DNA from: an uncultured Dehalococcoidia bacterium
GTDB lineage: Bacteria > Chloroflexota > Dehalococcoidia > Lucifugimonadales > UBA1123
Direction: 5' to 3'
DNA: 64,000 bases
Assembly: GCA_958296105.1 (NCBI GenBank)
Contig: OY282441.1
Coordinates: forward strand, 954,378 to 1,018,377
The notes below the pieces were generated by a model. It ran no database searches. It was not told the DNA's origin and was given only the letters and a program-made list of their open reading frames with translations. The position numbers were made by a program, and so were the translations under genes. Position 1 is the first letter of the stretch, and each line of letters begins with the position of its first letter. Shown one piece after another: positions 45,614-55,340 of this stretch.

Positions 45614-46420
45614 CTACGGCGCACCGAGCAGCCGATCCAGCCGCTCCCGAAGACGCCGCACTTCTGCTTCTGCCTCGTCCGCGCGCTGGCTTGCCTCTAC
45701 TCTGGCGGCGTGGGCGGCGTCCGCGCGCTGGCTTGCCTCTACTCTGGCGGCGTGGGCGGCGTCCGCGGCGCGCTGGCTTGCCTCGGCTGTGCGCTGCAAC
45801 TCTTCGGATAGATTCCGCAGGTATTCTCCTTTTGCGGGATCGTACAGGCGCAGGCGGTCATCCTCGCAGCGCAGCTCGAGATTCAGCAAAGCGCTGTATC
45901 CCCAGATCGCTCCGCTCGGAGCGTGATGAATCTCCATCGGCCTGTATACGCCGTCCACGAGGAGGTCCGCTGCCAGTATCTGGTCGTAATACCTGCCGCC
46001 GCTGGGATCGAATCGCCAGTATTCCCTCACTCCGAAGCGCGCGTATATCTCTCGTTTGATGGTGTGGTCGCGTGTGCCGGTCGATCGTGAGGCGATCTCC
46101 AGCACGAAGTCCGGGGGCTTGCCGACTTCGCTGATGGTGTAGCCGTTGCTCTGCACGATGGCTTCCTCATCCACTCCGAAGGCGATCACGCAGTCAGGCA
46201 CGAGATGGCCCTGTGGGTCTCGAATGTCGCGGGCGTGGCGGCAGACGTAGCCCTTGCCGGCAACCAGAACGTCCGGGCGGTGTTCGTAGCGCGCCACGAG
46301 GATGGACTTGATTTCGGTAGCGTGTTTGTCTTGCAGCATATCCATCTTCTTAGGGGGATCGGGCAGCTCGGTGTAGCGTCTGCGCCGTCCGACGGGTTGG
46401 ACTGTGGCTCTGGCAGTCAT
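45614..46420 (-). CDS. Uma2/DUF820 family PD-(D/E)xK-like protein with coiled-coil repeat tail
   Basis: VPDCVIAFGV, PPDFVLEIASRST, GVREYWRFDP; tail repeats ASQRADAAHAARVE. Confidence 0.88.
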   Translation of the reverse strand: MTARATVQPVGRRRRYTELPDPPKKMDMLQDKHATEIKSILVARYEHRPDVLVAGKGYVCRHARDIRDPQGHLVPDCVIAFGVDEEAIVQSNGYTISEVGKPPDFVLEIASRSTGTRDHTIKREIYARFGVREYWRFDPSGGRYYDQILAADLLVDGVYRPMEIHHAPSGAIWGYSALLNLELRCEDDRLRLYDPAKGEYLRNLSEELQRTAEASQRAADAAHAARVEASQRADAAHAARVEASQRADEAEAEVRRLRERLDRLLGAP

Positions 46421-47358
46421 GGTGAATCTGACCTCGCATCCAGCAGCCGATCCAGCAGCTCCTGAAGACGCCGCGCTTCTGCTTCTGCCTCGTCCGCGCG
46501 CTGGCTTGCCTCGTCCGCGCGCTGACTTGCCTCGTCCGCGCGCTGACTTGCCTCTACTCTGGCGGCGTGTTCGGCGTCCGCGCGCTGGCTTGCCTCGTCC
46601 GCGCGCTGGCTTGCCTCTACTCTGGCGGCGTATTCGGCGTCCGCGCGCTGGCTTGCCTCTACTCTGGCGGCGTATTCGGCGTCCGCGCGCTGGCTTGCCT
46701 CTACTCTGGCGGCGTGTTCGGCGTCCGCGCGCTGCGACTCTTCGGATAGCTTCGGCAGGTATTCTCCTGTTGCGGGATCGTACAGGCGCAGGCGGTCATC
46801 CTCGCAGCGCAGCTCGAGATTCAGCAAAGCGCTGTATCCCCAGATCGCTCCGCTCGGAGCGTGATGAATCTCCATCGGCCTGTATACGCCGTCCACGAGG
46901 AGGTCGGCTGCCAGTATCTGACCGTAATATCTGCCGCCACTGGGATCGAATCGCCAGTATTCCCTCACTCCGAAGCGCGCGTATATCTCCCGTTTGATGG
47001 TGTAGTCGCGTGTGCCGGTCGATCGTGAGGCGATCTCCAGCACGAAGTCCGGGGGCTTGCCGACTTCGCTGATGGTGTAGCCATTGCTCTGTACGATGGC
47101 TGCACCATCCACTCCGAAGGCGATCACGCAGTCAGGCACGAGATGGCCCTGTGGGTCTCGAATGTCGCGGGTGTGGCGACAGAGGTAGCCCTCGCCGGCA
47201 ACCAGAACGTCTGGGCGGTGTTCGTAGCGCGCCACGAGGATGGACTTTATTTCGATGGCGTGTTTGTCGTGCAGCATATCCAGCTTCTTAGGGGGATCGG
47301 GCAGCTCGGTGTAGCGTCTGCGCCGTCCGACGGGTTGGACTGTGGCTCTGGTAGTCAT
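46417..47358 (-). CDS. Uma2/DUF820 family protein, near-identical tandem paralog with longer repeat tail
   Basis: Same motifs as 45614..46420; more 42-bp and 21-bp repeat units (ASQRADAE[H/Y]AARVE, ASQRADE). Confidence 0.88.
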   Translation of the reverse strand: MTTRATVQPVGRRRRYTELPDPPKKLDMLHDKHAIEIKSILVARYEHRPDVLVAGEGYLCRHTRDIRDPQGHLVPDCVIAFGVDGAAIVQSNGYTISEVGKPPDFVLEIASRSTGTRDYTIKREIYARFGVREYWRFDPSGGRYYGQILAADLLVDGVYRPMEIHHAPSGAIWGYSALLNLELRCEDDRLRLYDPATGEYLPKLSEESQRADAEHAARVEASQRADAEYAARVEASQRADAEYAARVEASQRADEASQRADAEHAARVEASQRADEASQRADEASQRADEAEAEARRLQELLDRLLDARSDSP

Positions 47359-47417
47359 GGTGAATCTGGCCTCATGGCCGCTCGGCGGCGTGTGGATACG
47401 GTACCGCGCAGGGCGGC

Positions 47418-47747
47418 TCAACTCATGTAATCTTCTCTCGGCGGGCTGAAGATGTCCAGCGCTCGGGAGGGGCGATCGTTAGCCTGAACGGAGTGTTCGA
47501 CTCCGCCGGGAATGATGTAGGTTTCGCCTCTCTTGACGCGGGTCGTCACTCCGCCGATGGTGAAGTCGAACTCGCCCTCCAGCACCATGCCCGCCTGCTC
47601 GTGCGGGTGGCTGTGCATGGGGACCTGCGCGCCCGCCTCGATCTCCACTAGGCTCATCATTATCTTGTCTCCCCACATGGTTCTGAGGAAGACGCCGGGC
47701 GCAAGCTCTCTGCGCTCAATGTCGTCTGGGTTTTGAGTGTATGCCAA
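47418..47747 (-). CDS. Cupin domain protein
   Basis: TTG start after AGGAG; PMHSHPHEQAG and IPGGVEHSV. Confidence 0.88.
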   Translation of the reverse strand: MAYTQNPDDIERRELAPGVFLRTMWGDKIMMSLVEIEAGAQVPMHSHPHEQAGMVLEGEFDFTIGGVTTRVKRGETYIIPGGVEHSVQANDRPSRALDIFSPPREDYMS

Positions 47748-47782
47748 GTTGGGTTCTCCTTGCTGCGCTGGCGAAAGGCTGT

Positions 47783-48712
47783 TCAGCGCGATGCCGCTGC
47801 GCGGCTGTGAGCGGGCGCGAGGCACGCGGATATGACGTCGTTTATGGGCGTGGGCGTCCCGTGCCGGCGTCCGAGCCGAGATACCCTCCCGTTGAGATTG
47901 GCGACTTCCAGAGGCCTGCCCGCCACTAGGTCGGCGTGCATGGACGAGAGCAGATGATCTTTGTCGTGGCGCAAGATGTTCATGGTCTGCTCGACCACGT
48001 CCGAATCGAGCGCCACGCCGACCGCCCTGCCGACGGCGGCGGCCTCGACGACGACGGCTTCGGTGAGCGCGGCGGTCTCGGGGGTGTCCATGACTTCCGA
48101 GAACGGCGAGCGCGTGATGCAGGTCATACCGCTGAGGGCGCATATGTAGATGAGCTTGTTCCACAGCGCCTTCTGGATGTCCTCTGCGACTTCGGATTCG
48201 ATTCCCGCCTCAGTGAATGCGGCGGCGAGGTCCAGGGCGCGCTTGGAGCGTCCGCCGATCGGCTCTCCGAACACGATGCGGCACACGCCGCCCTGCTCAC
48301 GATAGATGGCGCGCTGCGGATGGGCGGCGTCTACGTATGCCGCTCCGAGCAAGACCCTGTTCTCGCCAAACTCGGCGGCGAGCTGGTCGCCGCTGCCAAG
48401 CCCGTTCTGGAGCGTGAGTATCATGGTGTCTTCGCCCACTGCGGGGCGTATGGTTTCGATGGCGGCCTCGTTGTGGTAGCTCTTGACGCAGAACAGAACG
48501 AGATCGGCAGTCCACGAGCCATCCACGCGATCCGCGGCCGGGGCGAGCGCGGAGAAGCTGCCGGAGGTGACGCTATCGACGCGTATGCCGCGCTTGCGGA
48601 TCGCGTCCAGCGTGTCTCCTCTGGCGATGAACAGAACGTCGCTGCCGGCGCGGAGCAGAAGGCTTCCGAAGTAGCCGCCGACCGCGCCGGCAGCCATTAC
48701 CAGAACTCGCAT
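47783..48712 (-). CDS. panE: Ketopantoate reductase family protein
   Basis: AAGAVGGYFG, FCVKSY, LQNG, WNKL, SSMHADL and LEVANLNG. Confidence 0.88.
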   Translation of the reverse strand: MRVLVMAAGAVGGYFGSLLLRAGSDVLFIARGDTLDAIRKRGIRVDSVTSGSFSALAPAADRVDGSWTADLVLFCVKSYHNEAAIETIRPAVGEDTMILTLQNGLGSGDQLAAEFGENRVLLGAAYVDAAHPQRAIYREQGGVCRIVFGEPIGGRSKRALDLAAAFTEAGIESEVAEDIQKALWNKLIYICALSGMTCITRSPFSEVMDTPETAALTEAVVVEAAAVGRAVGVALDSDVVEQTMNILRHDKDHLLSSMHADLVAGRPLEVANLNGRVSRLGRRHGTPTPINDVISACLAPAHSRAAASR

Positions 48713-48728
48713 GATCTCTCCGCCTATC

Positions 48729-49034
48729 TCAGGATTTCAGCTCGACCAGCACGTTGACGTAGCGCGTTTGGGTGTTGTTGACCACGCGATGGACCTTGTG
48801 ATCGCCGTGATACCGCCACGCGCCGGGGGCGGAGGGGCTGTCTTCGGACGTGCCATCGTCGTACTCGACGACGAGTCCCGCGCCCTCCACGACTATGGTG
48901 ACGTAGTCTCGCTGGTGCATGTGCCAATCGCTGGACTCGCCAGGGTTGACGATCAGGTTCCATATCTTCACGCGGTCGTTCTCGAACAGTACGTCTGTGG
49001 CGATGTCGCCGAGCGGCGCGTCTCCTCTTGGCAT
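48729..49034 (-). CDS. Small cupin protein
   Basis: FENDRVKIW, PGESSDWHMHQRDYV and VHRVVN. Confidence 0.85.
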   Translation of the reverse strand: MPRGDAPLGDIATDVLFENDRVKIWNLIVNPGESSDWHMHQRDYVTIVVEGAGLVVEYDDGTSEDSPSAPGAWRYHGDHKVHRVVNNTQTRYVNVLVELKS

Positions 49035-49109
49035 GGGGTATTCTCCTTTCTGGTGTGCTGGCGAGCGGGCGCGCACGCGGGGCGCGGCGTATTACGGAAA
49101 GCGAAGCGG

Positions 49110-49409
49110 TCAGCCCTGTTTGATCTCGACTATGGAGTTGCTGTAGAGGGCGTCGCCCACGTTGGTTACGCGGTGGATCGAGCCGCAATGTCCCTCCACC
49201 ACTTCGCCGAGCGCGTAATCGCTCTCGGAGGACGCGCCATCGTGGTACTCCGCTCTGAGTCTGCCGGGGCGGGTGACTATGAACACGTAGGGCATGGTGT
49301 GCTGGTGCCAGTCGCTGGACTGTCCGGGTTCGAGTACGAGATCCCAAGTCTTTACGTGGTCGTCTTCCCACAGCATCTTTGTTCCGACGTCTCCGAGTTC
49401 TCGTTCCAT
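49110..49409 (-). CDS. Small cupin protein (paralog)
   Basis: WEDDHVKTW, PGQSSDWHQHTMPYV and IHRVTN. Confidence 0.85.
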   Translation of the reverse strand: MERELGDVGTKMLWEDDHVKTWDLVLEPGQSSDWHQHTMPYVFIVTRPGRLRAEYHDGASSESDYALGEVVEGHCGSIHRVTNVGDALYSNSIVEIKQG

Positions 49410-49439
49410 TGAAAGCTCCTCGCAATCTCCTGAGCGGTC

Positions 49440-50153
49440 TTAAAATCCCAGCTGGCGCGACTTCATGCTGACGAAGTCGCGCTCTCCGACTATGATGTGG
49501 TCCAGAAGCTCGATGTCCATCATATCCGCGCTCTGGCGGATGCGCCGAGTCACCAGAATGTCCTCCGGGCTGGGCGTTGGGTCTCCTGACGGGTGGTTGT
49601 GAACCACTATGATTCCCGTGCTGTTGCTCCTGATGGCGGGGCGCAGGATTTCAGCCACGCGCACGGATGCGGAGTTGACCGTTCCCCGATAGATCATCTC
49701 GCTGGCGGTCACGTGGTGTTTGTTGTTCAGCAGCAAGGCGCGCAACTCCTCTTTCTCCAAGAACTGCATGTCCGCCTTGACCAGATTGTATGCGTCTTCC
49801 GGTCGTGTTATGGGCATCTCGTAATTGCGGGAGAATCCGCTGGCTCTCTTGCCCAGCTCCAAGGCGGCGAGAATCTGGCAGCCCTTCGCCTCGCCGATCC
49901 CGTTGATCTCGCACATCTCATCGAGAGTGGCGTTGGCGAGAAGGCGCAGGTTGGGGAAGCGCGCCAGCACGCTCTGAGAGAGTGTCAGCACGTTCTGGCC
50001 GCGCGTACCATCGCGCAGGAGTATCGCCACCAGCTCGGCGTCGGACAGGTTGCTCGCGCCGATGTCGCGCAATCGCTCTCTCGGTCGAATCGAGGGCGGC
50101 ATGTCTCGGATCGAGGTCGAGTAGGTCGGTCTCGTCTGCTGGGTCTGCTCCAC
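49440..50153 (-). CDS. radC: RadC (JAB domain) protein
   Basis: RPRERL, LSDAELVAILL, HNHPSGDPTPSPED and LLDHII. Confidence 0.95.
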   Translation of the reverse strand: MEQTQQTRPTYSTSIRDMPPSIRPRERLRDIGASNLSDAELVAILLRDGTRGQNVLTLSQSVLARFPNLRLLANATLDEMCEINGIGEAKGCQILAALELGKRASGFSRNYEMPITRPEDAYNLVKADMQFLEKEELRALLLNNKHHVTASEMIYRGTVNSASVRVAEILRPAIRSNSTGIIVVHNHPSGDPTPSPEDILVTRRIRQSADMMDIELLDHIIVGERDFVSMKSRQLGF

Positions 50154-50300
50154 CGTATGGCTCCGCGCTGAATTCGAGCCGTAGTTTACATCGGAGCGGG
50201 CGGCAAGTCCATCTTGCGGGGAGATTCGCAGAAGTCTCAGCGGGGCGGTTTTGGGCAGCCCTCAGCGCTCCACTGCTCGTTTCCCACCATTCAGGAGAGC

Positions 50301-50328
50301 TTGACACCAATGCTCTTGTCAATACAAT
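50301..50328 (+). promoter_or_regulatory. Promoter with palindromic operator upstream of the M20 peptidase
   Basis: TTGACA-ccaatgctct-TGTCAA immediately followed by TACAAT. Confidence 0.5.
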
Positions 50329-50385
50329 GATGCCGTACATCAGGCTACCTGCACAATGCTACCTGTACAAATGGAGAGGCGCGCG

Positions 50386-51468
50386 ATGATAAGACGTGAT
50401 CGAATTGTGGAAACCTTCTGCGATCTCGCCAGAATAGACAGTCCATCGGGCGAGGAGGAGGCGATGGCGCAGCATCTGGCGGCGCGGCTGGAAGCGCTTG
50501 GTCTCGATGTGGCGCGAGACGGCTACGGCAACGTAATCGCCACGGACGGCGGGGATGACCCGCTCATACTCTCCGCGCACATGGACACGGTGGAGCCCGG
50601 GCGCGGGATCGAGCCGTCAGTGGTCGGCGAGCGCATCATCTCGGACGGGACTACGATTCTGGGGGGAGACTGCAAGGCGGGCGTGGCAGCCATACTCGAA
50701 GCGCTGGAGTCGATCCGCGAGGACGGGGTGAAGCGCATGGCTATAGAGGTGGCGTTCACGCGGGAGGAGGAGATAGGGCTGGTGGGCGCGCGCAACCTGG
50801 ACTTCTCCATGCTGAAGGGCGCGGAAGCGGTGGTGTTCGACGGGGAGGGGCCGCCGAGTCAGATCACGTCGTCTAGTCCAGAGTACATCGGATTCGACAT
50901 CGAGATCACGGGGCGCGCCGCCCACGCGGGGGTGGAGCCTGAGAAGGGCATCTCCGCGATACGCATAGCTTCCGAGATCGTGACGCGGCTTCCGCAGGGC
51001 AGGCTGGACGAGGAGACCACCTTCAACGTGGGTACGATAGAGGGCGGCACGGTGCGAAACGCCGTCCCGGAGCTGACGTCCGTGCGCGGGGAGTTTCGCA
51101 GTCGCAACATCGAGACGCTGGACGGCATCCGCCTTCAGGTGGACGAGGCACTGGATACGGTGCGCGCCATGTATCCGGAAGCGGAGATAGGCTGCCATCT
51201 TCATACGGAGTTCGTGGCGTACACGCTGAACGAGGGGGAGCCGGTGGTGAGGCGTGTCACGGACGCGCTCGAAAGTCTGGGGCTTACGCCCACGATGCAG
51301 CCGTCCGGCGGCGGAACGGACGGCAACGTGTTCAGGCTGCACGATATAAACGCGGTGGTGGTGGGCATGGCAGATCACGGTATGCACACGATACGGGAGT
51401 ACGTCACCATTCCCGATCTGGTGGACGCGGCTCACCTGTGCGAGACGCTGCTTCGGATGGACGAGTAA
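50386..51468 (+). CDS. M20 family metallopeptidase (peptidase T-like)
   Basis: SAHMDTV, LGGDCKAG, EEEIG, AAHAG and GGGTDGN. Confidence 0.92.
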   Translation: MIRRDRIVETFCDLARIDSPSGEEEAMAQHLAARLEALGLDVARDGYGNVIATDGGDDPLILSAHMDTVEPGRGIEPSVVGERIISDGTTILGGDCKAGVAAILEALESIREDGVKRMAIEVAFTREEEIGLVGARNLDFSMLKGAEAVVFDGEGPPSQITSSSPEYIGFDIEITGRAAHAGVEPEKGISAIRIASEIVTRLPQGRLDEETTFNVGTIEGGTVRNAVPELTSVRGEFRSRNIETLDGIRLQVDEALDTVRAMYPEAEIGCHLHTEFVAYTLNEGEPVVRRVTDALESLGLTPTMQPSGGGTDGNVFRLHDINAVVVGMADHGMHTIREYVTIPDLVDAAHLCETLLRMDE

Positions 51469-51472
51469 AGCC

Positions 51473-52150
51473 ATGCCAGCTAGGTACTTGGGACACAGCG
51501 CGTTCGTGTTCGAGGACGATGCGGGGGCGCGGATTCTGATAGACCCGTTCGGCAATCCTGCGGACGGCGCGCGCTGGTTCGTCAAGCCGTTTCCGCCGCT
51601 GGAAGTGGATCTGGCGGCGGTGACTCACGACCACTTCGATCACAACGCGGTTGGCGCGCTTCCACCGGGAACGGAGGTGATGAGCGGCGCAGGCGAGCGG
51701 AGGGTTGGCGCGATGCGGATAACGGGCGTGGAGGATGTGCATTCGGGGCAGGCCGGCGAGAATGGGATGGCGAACGTCATCTACGTCATAGATCACAACA
51801 ACGTGCGCTACTGCCACTTGGGGGACAATCGCCACGATCTGCCGGACGGTGTGAGGGGTCTGCTGGGCAAAGTGGACGTGCTGATGGTGGGCGTTGATGA
51901 CTCGAGCCACCTGATGAGCCATGAGAACGTGGGCGAGCTGGTGAAGTCGCTGGCTCCGAGTGTGGTTATCCCGATGCACTACCTCGTGGAGGGTCTGACG
52001 AGCGCGGGTTCCACGCTTGGGGGGATGGAGCGCTGGGCGCGCTCGCAGGGCCGCCGCCGCCCGCTGCGGCAGTCCGCGATCCGAATAGACCGGCGCGGTA
52101 TGCCCTACGAGCGCGAGGTGTGGCTCGTGCCGGCGGAGCTGCGCGGGTGA
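51473..52150 (+). CDS. MBL-fold metallo-hydrolase
   Basis: YLGHSAF, THDHFDH, HLGD and IPMHY. Confidence 0.9.
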   Translation: MPARYLGHSAFVFEDDAGARILIDPFGNPADGARWFVKPFPPLEVDLAAVTHDHFDHNAVGALPPGTEVMSGAGERRVGAMRITGVEDVHSGQAGENGMANVIYVIDHNNVRYCHLGDNRHDLPDGVRGLLGKVDVLMVGVDDSSHLMSHENVGELVKSLAPSVVIPMHYLVEGLTSAGSTLGGMERWARSQGRRRPLRQSAIRIDRRGMPYEREVWLVPAELRG

Positions 52151-52211
52151 CGGCGCAGGGCCGCGCCGGAGAAGACGCTGCCCTGCTGTAGGCTTGGGTT
52201 ACGCTCTAAAA

Positions 52212-52604
52212 CTAGGAGACCTCTACGGAGGCTCCGGCGCCTTCGAGCTTGTCTTTGAGGGAATCCGCCTCTTCCTTCGGGATGGCTTCCTTGACCGCGG
52301 TTGGCGCGCTCTCCACCAGGTCCTTGGCTTCCTTGAGGCCCAGCGTGGTGACTTCTCTGACGGCCTTGATCACGCTGATCTTGTTGGAGCCGAAGTCCTT
52401 GAGGGTAACGGTGAATTCGGTCTGCTCCTCTGCTTCGGCAGCGGCGGCCTCGGCGGTGCCGGCGACTCCCTGCACGGTTGCCATAGTGACAGGCGCGGCG
52501 GCGCTGACGCCGAACTCCTCTTCGAGCGCCTTCACGAGGTCGGAGAGGTCGAGAACGGACAGTCCCTTGATCTCCTCTATCAGCTGGTCTTTGGTTAGGG
52601 GCAT
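52212..52604 (-). CDS. rplL: 50S ribosomal protein L7/L12
   Basis: [12 protein letters not shown] and [24 protein letters not shown]. Confidence 0.98.
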   Translation of the reverse strand: MPLTKDQLIEEIKGLSVLDLSDLVKALEEEFGVSAAAPVTMATVQGVAGTAEAAAAEAEEQTEFTVTLKDFGSNKISVIKAVREVTTLGLKEAKDLVESAPTAVKEAIPKEEADSLKDKLEGAGASVEVS

Positions 52605-52649
52605 GGGTCATCTCCTCCGTGAGTGAATGTGGCTGGTCGAGCCGCTGAT

Positions 52650-53180
52650 CTAAGATTCCTGTTGCTGAAGGTTGTCCACGTGGCCTTGCAGCACGCGCGC
52701 CAAGCCGGCGATGGGGCCGTTGAGCACTTGGACGAGTCCGGTTATGGGGCTGTTCATTCGCATCAGCAGATGGGAGATGAGCTCCTCCCTGCTGGGTATG
52801 GCCGCCAGTCGGTTCACGTCCTCGCCGGAAAGCGCGCGCCCGTCCATCTCCGCTCCGCGAACCTTCAGATCGGATCTGGTCGAGCGGATGAATCCGCTGA
52901 GGGCCTTTGCGGGTTCGGTAGGCTCGCCGTATCCGAATGCGATGCCGGTTGGTCCCTCGATGACGTCCTTGATAGCGGGCTTGCCCGCCTTGTCCGCCGC
53001 CAGATATGCCAAGGTGTTCTTTATCACCCTGTATTCGATGCCTGCCTCGCGCAGGGCGCGGCGCAGATCGGTCATCTCGGCGACGGGAAGTCCGGAGTAG
53101 TCGGTGGTGATGACGATGGCGCTGCGCGCGAACTTATCGGCGAGGGCATCGACGGCGTCGGCTTTGGCTTGGGTTGGCAC
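52650..53180 (-). CDS. rplJ: 50S ribosomal protein L10
   Basis: GTG start; DYSGL, RVIKNTLA and IPSREEL. Confidence 0.97.
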   Translation of the reverse strand: MPTQAKADAVDALADKFARSAIVITTDYSGLPVAEMTDLRRALREAGIEYRVIKNTLAYLAADKAGKPAIKDVIEGPTGIAFGYGEPTEPAKALSGFIRSTRSDLKVRGAEMDGRALSGEDVNRLAAIPSREELISHLLMRMNSPITGLVQVLNGPIAGLARVLQGHVDNLQQQES

Positions 53181-53204
53181 TTCTCTATGTCTCCTGCGTA
53201 AATG

Positions 53205-53345
53205 GCAGCGCCCCGAGCTTTCGAGACTCGGGGCGCGGTTGTCCAAGTGTATCGAGCGGAAGCTCGATTCGCTAGGTTCGCGGCCTCGGCGGGCTGAGCT
53301 CTTCGTTCCCCGTTCACGCGGGGGAAGCCCGCTGTCTCTGGGCGA
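53205..53345 (-). ncRNA. L10 leader (rplJ autoregulatory RNA)
   Basis: AGACAGCGGG...CCCGCCGAGG k-turn-like signature plus a downstream hairpin between rplA and rplJ. Confidence 0.65.
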
Positions 53346-53352
53346 CCTGTTC

Positions 53353-54066
53353 CTATTCTACCCGAAGGGACGAGAGGCGATCAACGTCTACCGAGACGCT
53401 CGGCCCCATGGTGGCGGTGAGGTGGGCGGTGCGGATGTACTGTCCCTTGACGCCGGGGGGTCTGGCGCGGACGATGTTGTCCATCAGCGTGGTGAGGTTG
53501 TCCATCAGCTTGTCGTCTTCGAAGCTGGCTTTGCCGATGGGAACGTGGATCAGGCCGGTGCGGTCGAGTCGAAACTCCACCCTTCCCCTCTTGGCGTCCG
53601 AGACGGCGCGAGGGATGTCTTCTGCCTGAACGACGGTGCCGGTTCTCGGATTGGGCATGAGGCCGCGACGTCCGAGGATGCGGCCGAGTCTTCCGACGCG
53701 CCCCATCATGTCCGGCGTGGCTATGGAGACGTCGAAGCCGAGGAAGCCTCCTTGTATCTCTCTGATCAGCTCGTCGCCGCCGGAGAAGTCGGCGCCGGCT
53801 TCGCGGGCTATGCTCTCGGCTTCACCTTGGCAGAAGACGAGGACTCGCACGGGCTTTCCCACGCCGTGAGGCAGCACCGCCACGCCGCGCACCATCTGAT
53901 CGGCGTAGCGTGGATCGGCGCCGGTGCGAAGGTGAAGCTCGACGGTCTCATCGAACCTGGCCTTGGCGGTCTTCTTGGTGAGGTCGATGGCCTCGGCAGG
54001 GTCGTATCGGGCGTCGCGGTCGAGGAGCGCCACCGCCTCGCTGTATCTTTTGCTCCTAGAAGTCAT
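53353..54066 (-). CDS. rplA: 50S ribosomal protein L1
   Basis: FDETVEL, LPHGVGK and GLMPNPRTGTV. Confidence 0.98.
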   Translation of the reverse strand: MTSRSKRYSEAVALLDRDARYDPAEAIDLTKKTAKARFDETVELHLRTGADPRYADQMVRGVAVLPHGVGKPVRVLVFCQGEAESIAREAGADFSGGDELIREIQGGFLGFDVSIATPDMMGRVGRLGRILGRRGLMPNPRTGTVVQAEDIPRAVSDAKRGRVEFRLDRTGLIHVPIGKASFEDDKLMDNLTTLMDNIVRARPPGVKGQYIRTAHLTATMGPSVSVDVDRLSSLRVE

Positions 54067-54110
54067 GTCGAAAATTCCTTGTGAGCCGAGCCGCGTCAGG
54101 GGGCGGGGTC

Positions 54111-54533
54111 TCAGCGAACCCTGATGCCCATGCTGCGCGCAGTGCCTTCTATGATGCGCATTGCGCCATCTATGTCAGCGGCGTTCAGGTCGGTTATCTT
54201 GGTTTGGGCGATCTCCTTGACCTGATCTCTGGTGACGGTTGCCACCTGTTCGGCCTTGGGGCTGCCACTGCCCTTCTCCACTCCGGCGGCCTTGCGCAGC
54301 AGCTCGGAGGCGGGGGGACTCTTGACGATGAAGGTGAAGGAGCGGTCCTCGAACACGGTCAGCTCGACGGGAACGATGGTGCCCGCGTTCTGCGAGGTGC
54401 GCTCGTTGTACTCTTTGACGAACGCCATGATGTTGACGCCGTGCTGTCCGAGCGCCGGACCCACAGGGGGGGCAGGGGAGGCGGAGCCGCCTTCTACCTG
54501 AAGTTTTATGATTGCTCGTACTTTCTTAGCCAA
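54111..54533 (-). CDS. rplK: 50S ribosomal protein L11
   Basis: [17 protein letters not shown] and GTARSMG. Confidence 0.98.
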   Translation of the reverse strand: MAKKVRAIIKLQVEGGSASPAPPVGPALGQHGVNIMAFVKEYNERTSQNAGTIVPVELTVFEDRSFTFIVKSPPASELLRKAAGVEKGSGSPKAEQVATVTRDQVKEIAQTKITDLNAADIDGAMRIIEGTARSMGIRVR

Positions 54534-54544
54534 TTGTCGATCCT

Positions 54545-54735
54545 ATTCACCCTAACCCTCTACCACTGAGGGAGGGGGATGTTGTTGTGTGTTCTATTCA
54601 CCCTCACCCTAACCCTCTCCCGTCAAGGGAGAGGGGAGTATGGTTACCCTCTCACATACAGGGAGGGGGAGTCGGTTACCCTCTCACATATAGGGAGGGG
54701 GAGTCGGTTACTCTCTCACATCTGGCAAGGGGGAT
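54545..54735. repeat. Two boxC-like palindromes plus three 32-bp hairpin repeats between rplK and nusG
   Basis: CACCCTAACCCTCTCCC...GGGAGAGGGG twice; GGTTACCCTCTCACATAyAGGGAGGGGGAGTC at 54642, 54674 and 54706. Confidence 0.85.
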
Positions 54736-54766
54736 GCGTTGGCTGGAAGGGGGACTGTCCGAGTGG

Positions 54767-55336
54767 TCAAGCTCTCTCTACTTGGAGGAAGTCTAGCTCG
54801 ACGGGTGTCTCTCTTCCGAAGAAGGAGACTAGCACTTTGACCTTGGCGCGCTCCTGTGAGATGTCGTCCACCACGCCCATGAAGTCCATGAAGGGGCCGT
54901 CTATGATGCGCACGCTCTGCCCCTTCTCCAAGCCTATGCGCGGTCTGGGGGAGTCGGTCTCTATCTGTCTGAGAATGGTTTCGACCTCGCGCTCTTCGAG
55001 TGCAACCGGCTTGGGGCGGTTCTCGCTCTCGTCCTCGGCGGAGATGAACCCGGTGACTCCGGGGGTGTTGCGCACTACGAACCAGCTCTGGTCGTCCATG
55101 CGCATCTGCACGAGGATGTAGCCGGGGAAGATGGTTCGAGGCACTGCCTTTCGCTGGCCGCTCTTTATCTCCATCTCGTCCTCGGTGGGCACCACGACTT
55201 GGAATATCTTGTCCTGCATATCCATGGTCTTGACGCGCTGTTCGAGGTTGTCTTTGACGCGCTTCTCCTGGCCTGAGTATGCGTGGATGATGTACCAGCG
55301 AACTTCGGGGTCGGAGTGTGTGATCTGTGTAGTCAT
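54767..55336 (-). CDS. nusG: Transcription termination/antitermination factor NusG
   Basis: WYIIHAYSGQE, FPGYILV, VRNTPGVTGF and FGRETPVEL. Confidence 0.98.
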   Translation of the reverse strand: MTTQITHSDPEVRWYIIHAYSGQEKRVKDNLEQRVKTMDMQDKIFQVVVPTEDEMEIKSGQRKAVPRTIFPGYILVQMRMDDQSWFVVRNTPGVTGFISAEDESENRPKPVALEEREVETILRQIETDSPRPRIGLEKGQSVRIIDGPFMDFMGVVDDISQERAKVKVLVSFFGRETPVELDFLQVERA

Positions 55337-55340
55337 GTGT

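Noticed and set aside
49440-50153. radC as a marker of a mobile element
   Set aside because: It is the full-length chromosomal form with N-terminal HhH region in a housekeeping context, with no mobility genes nearby.
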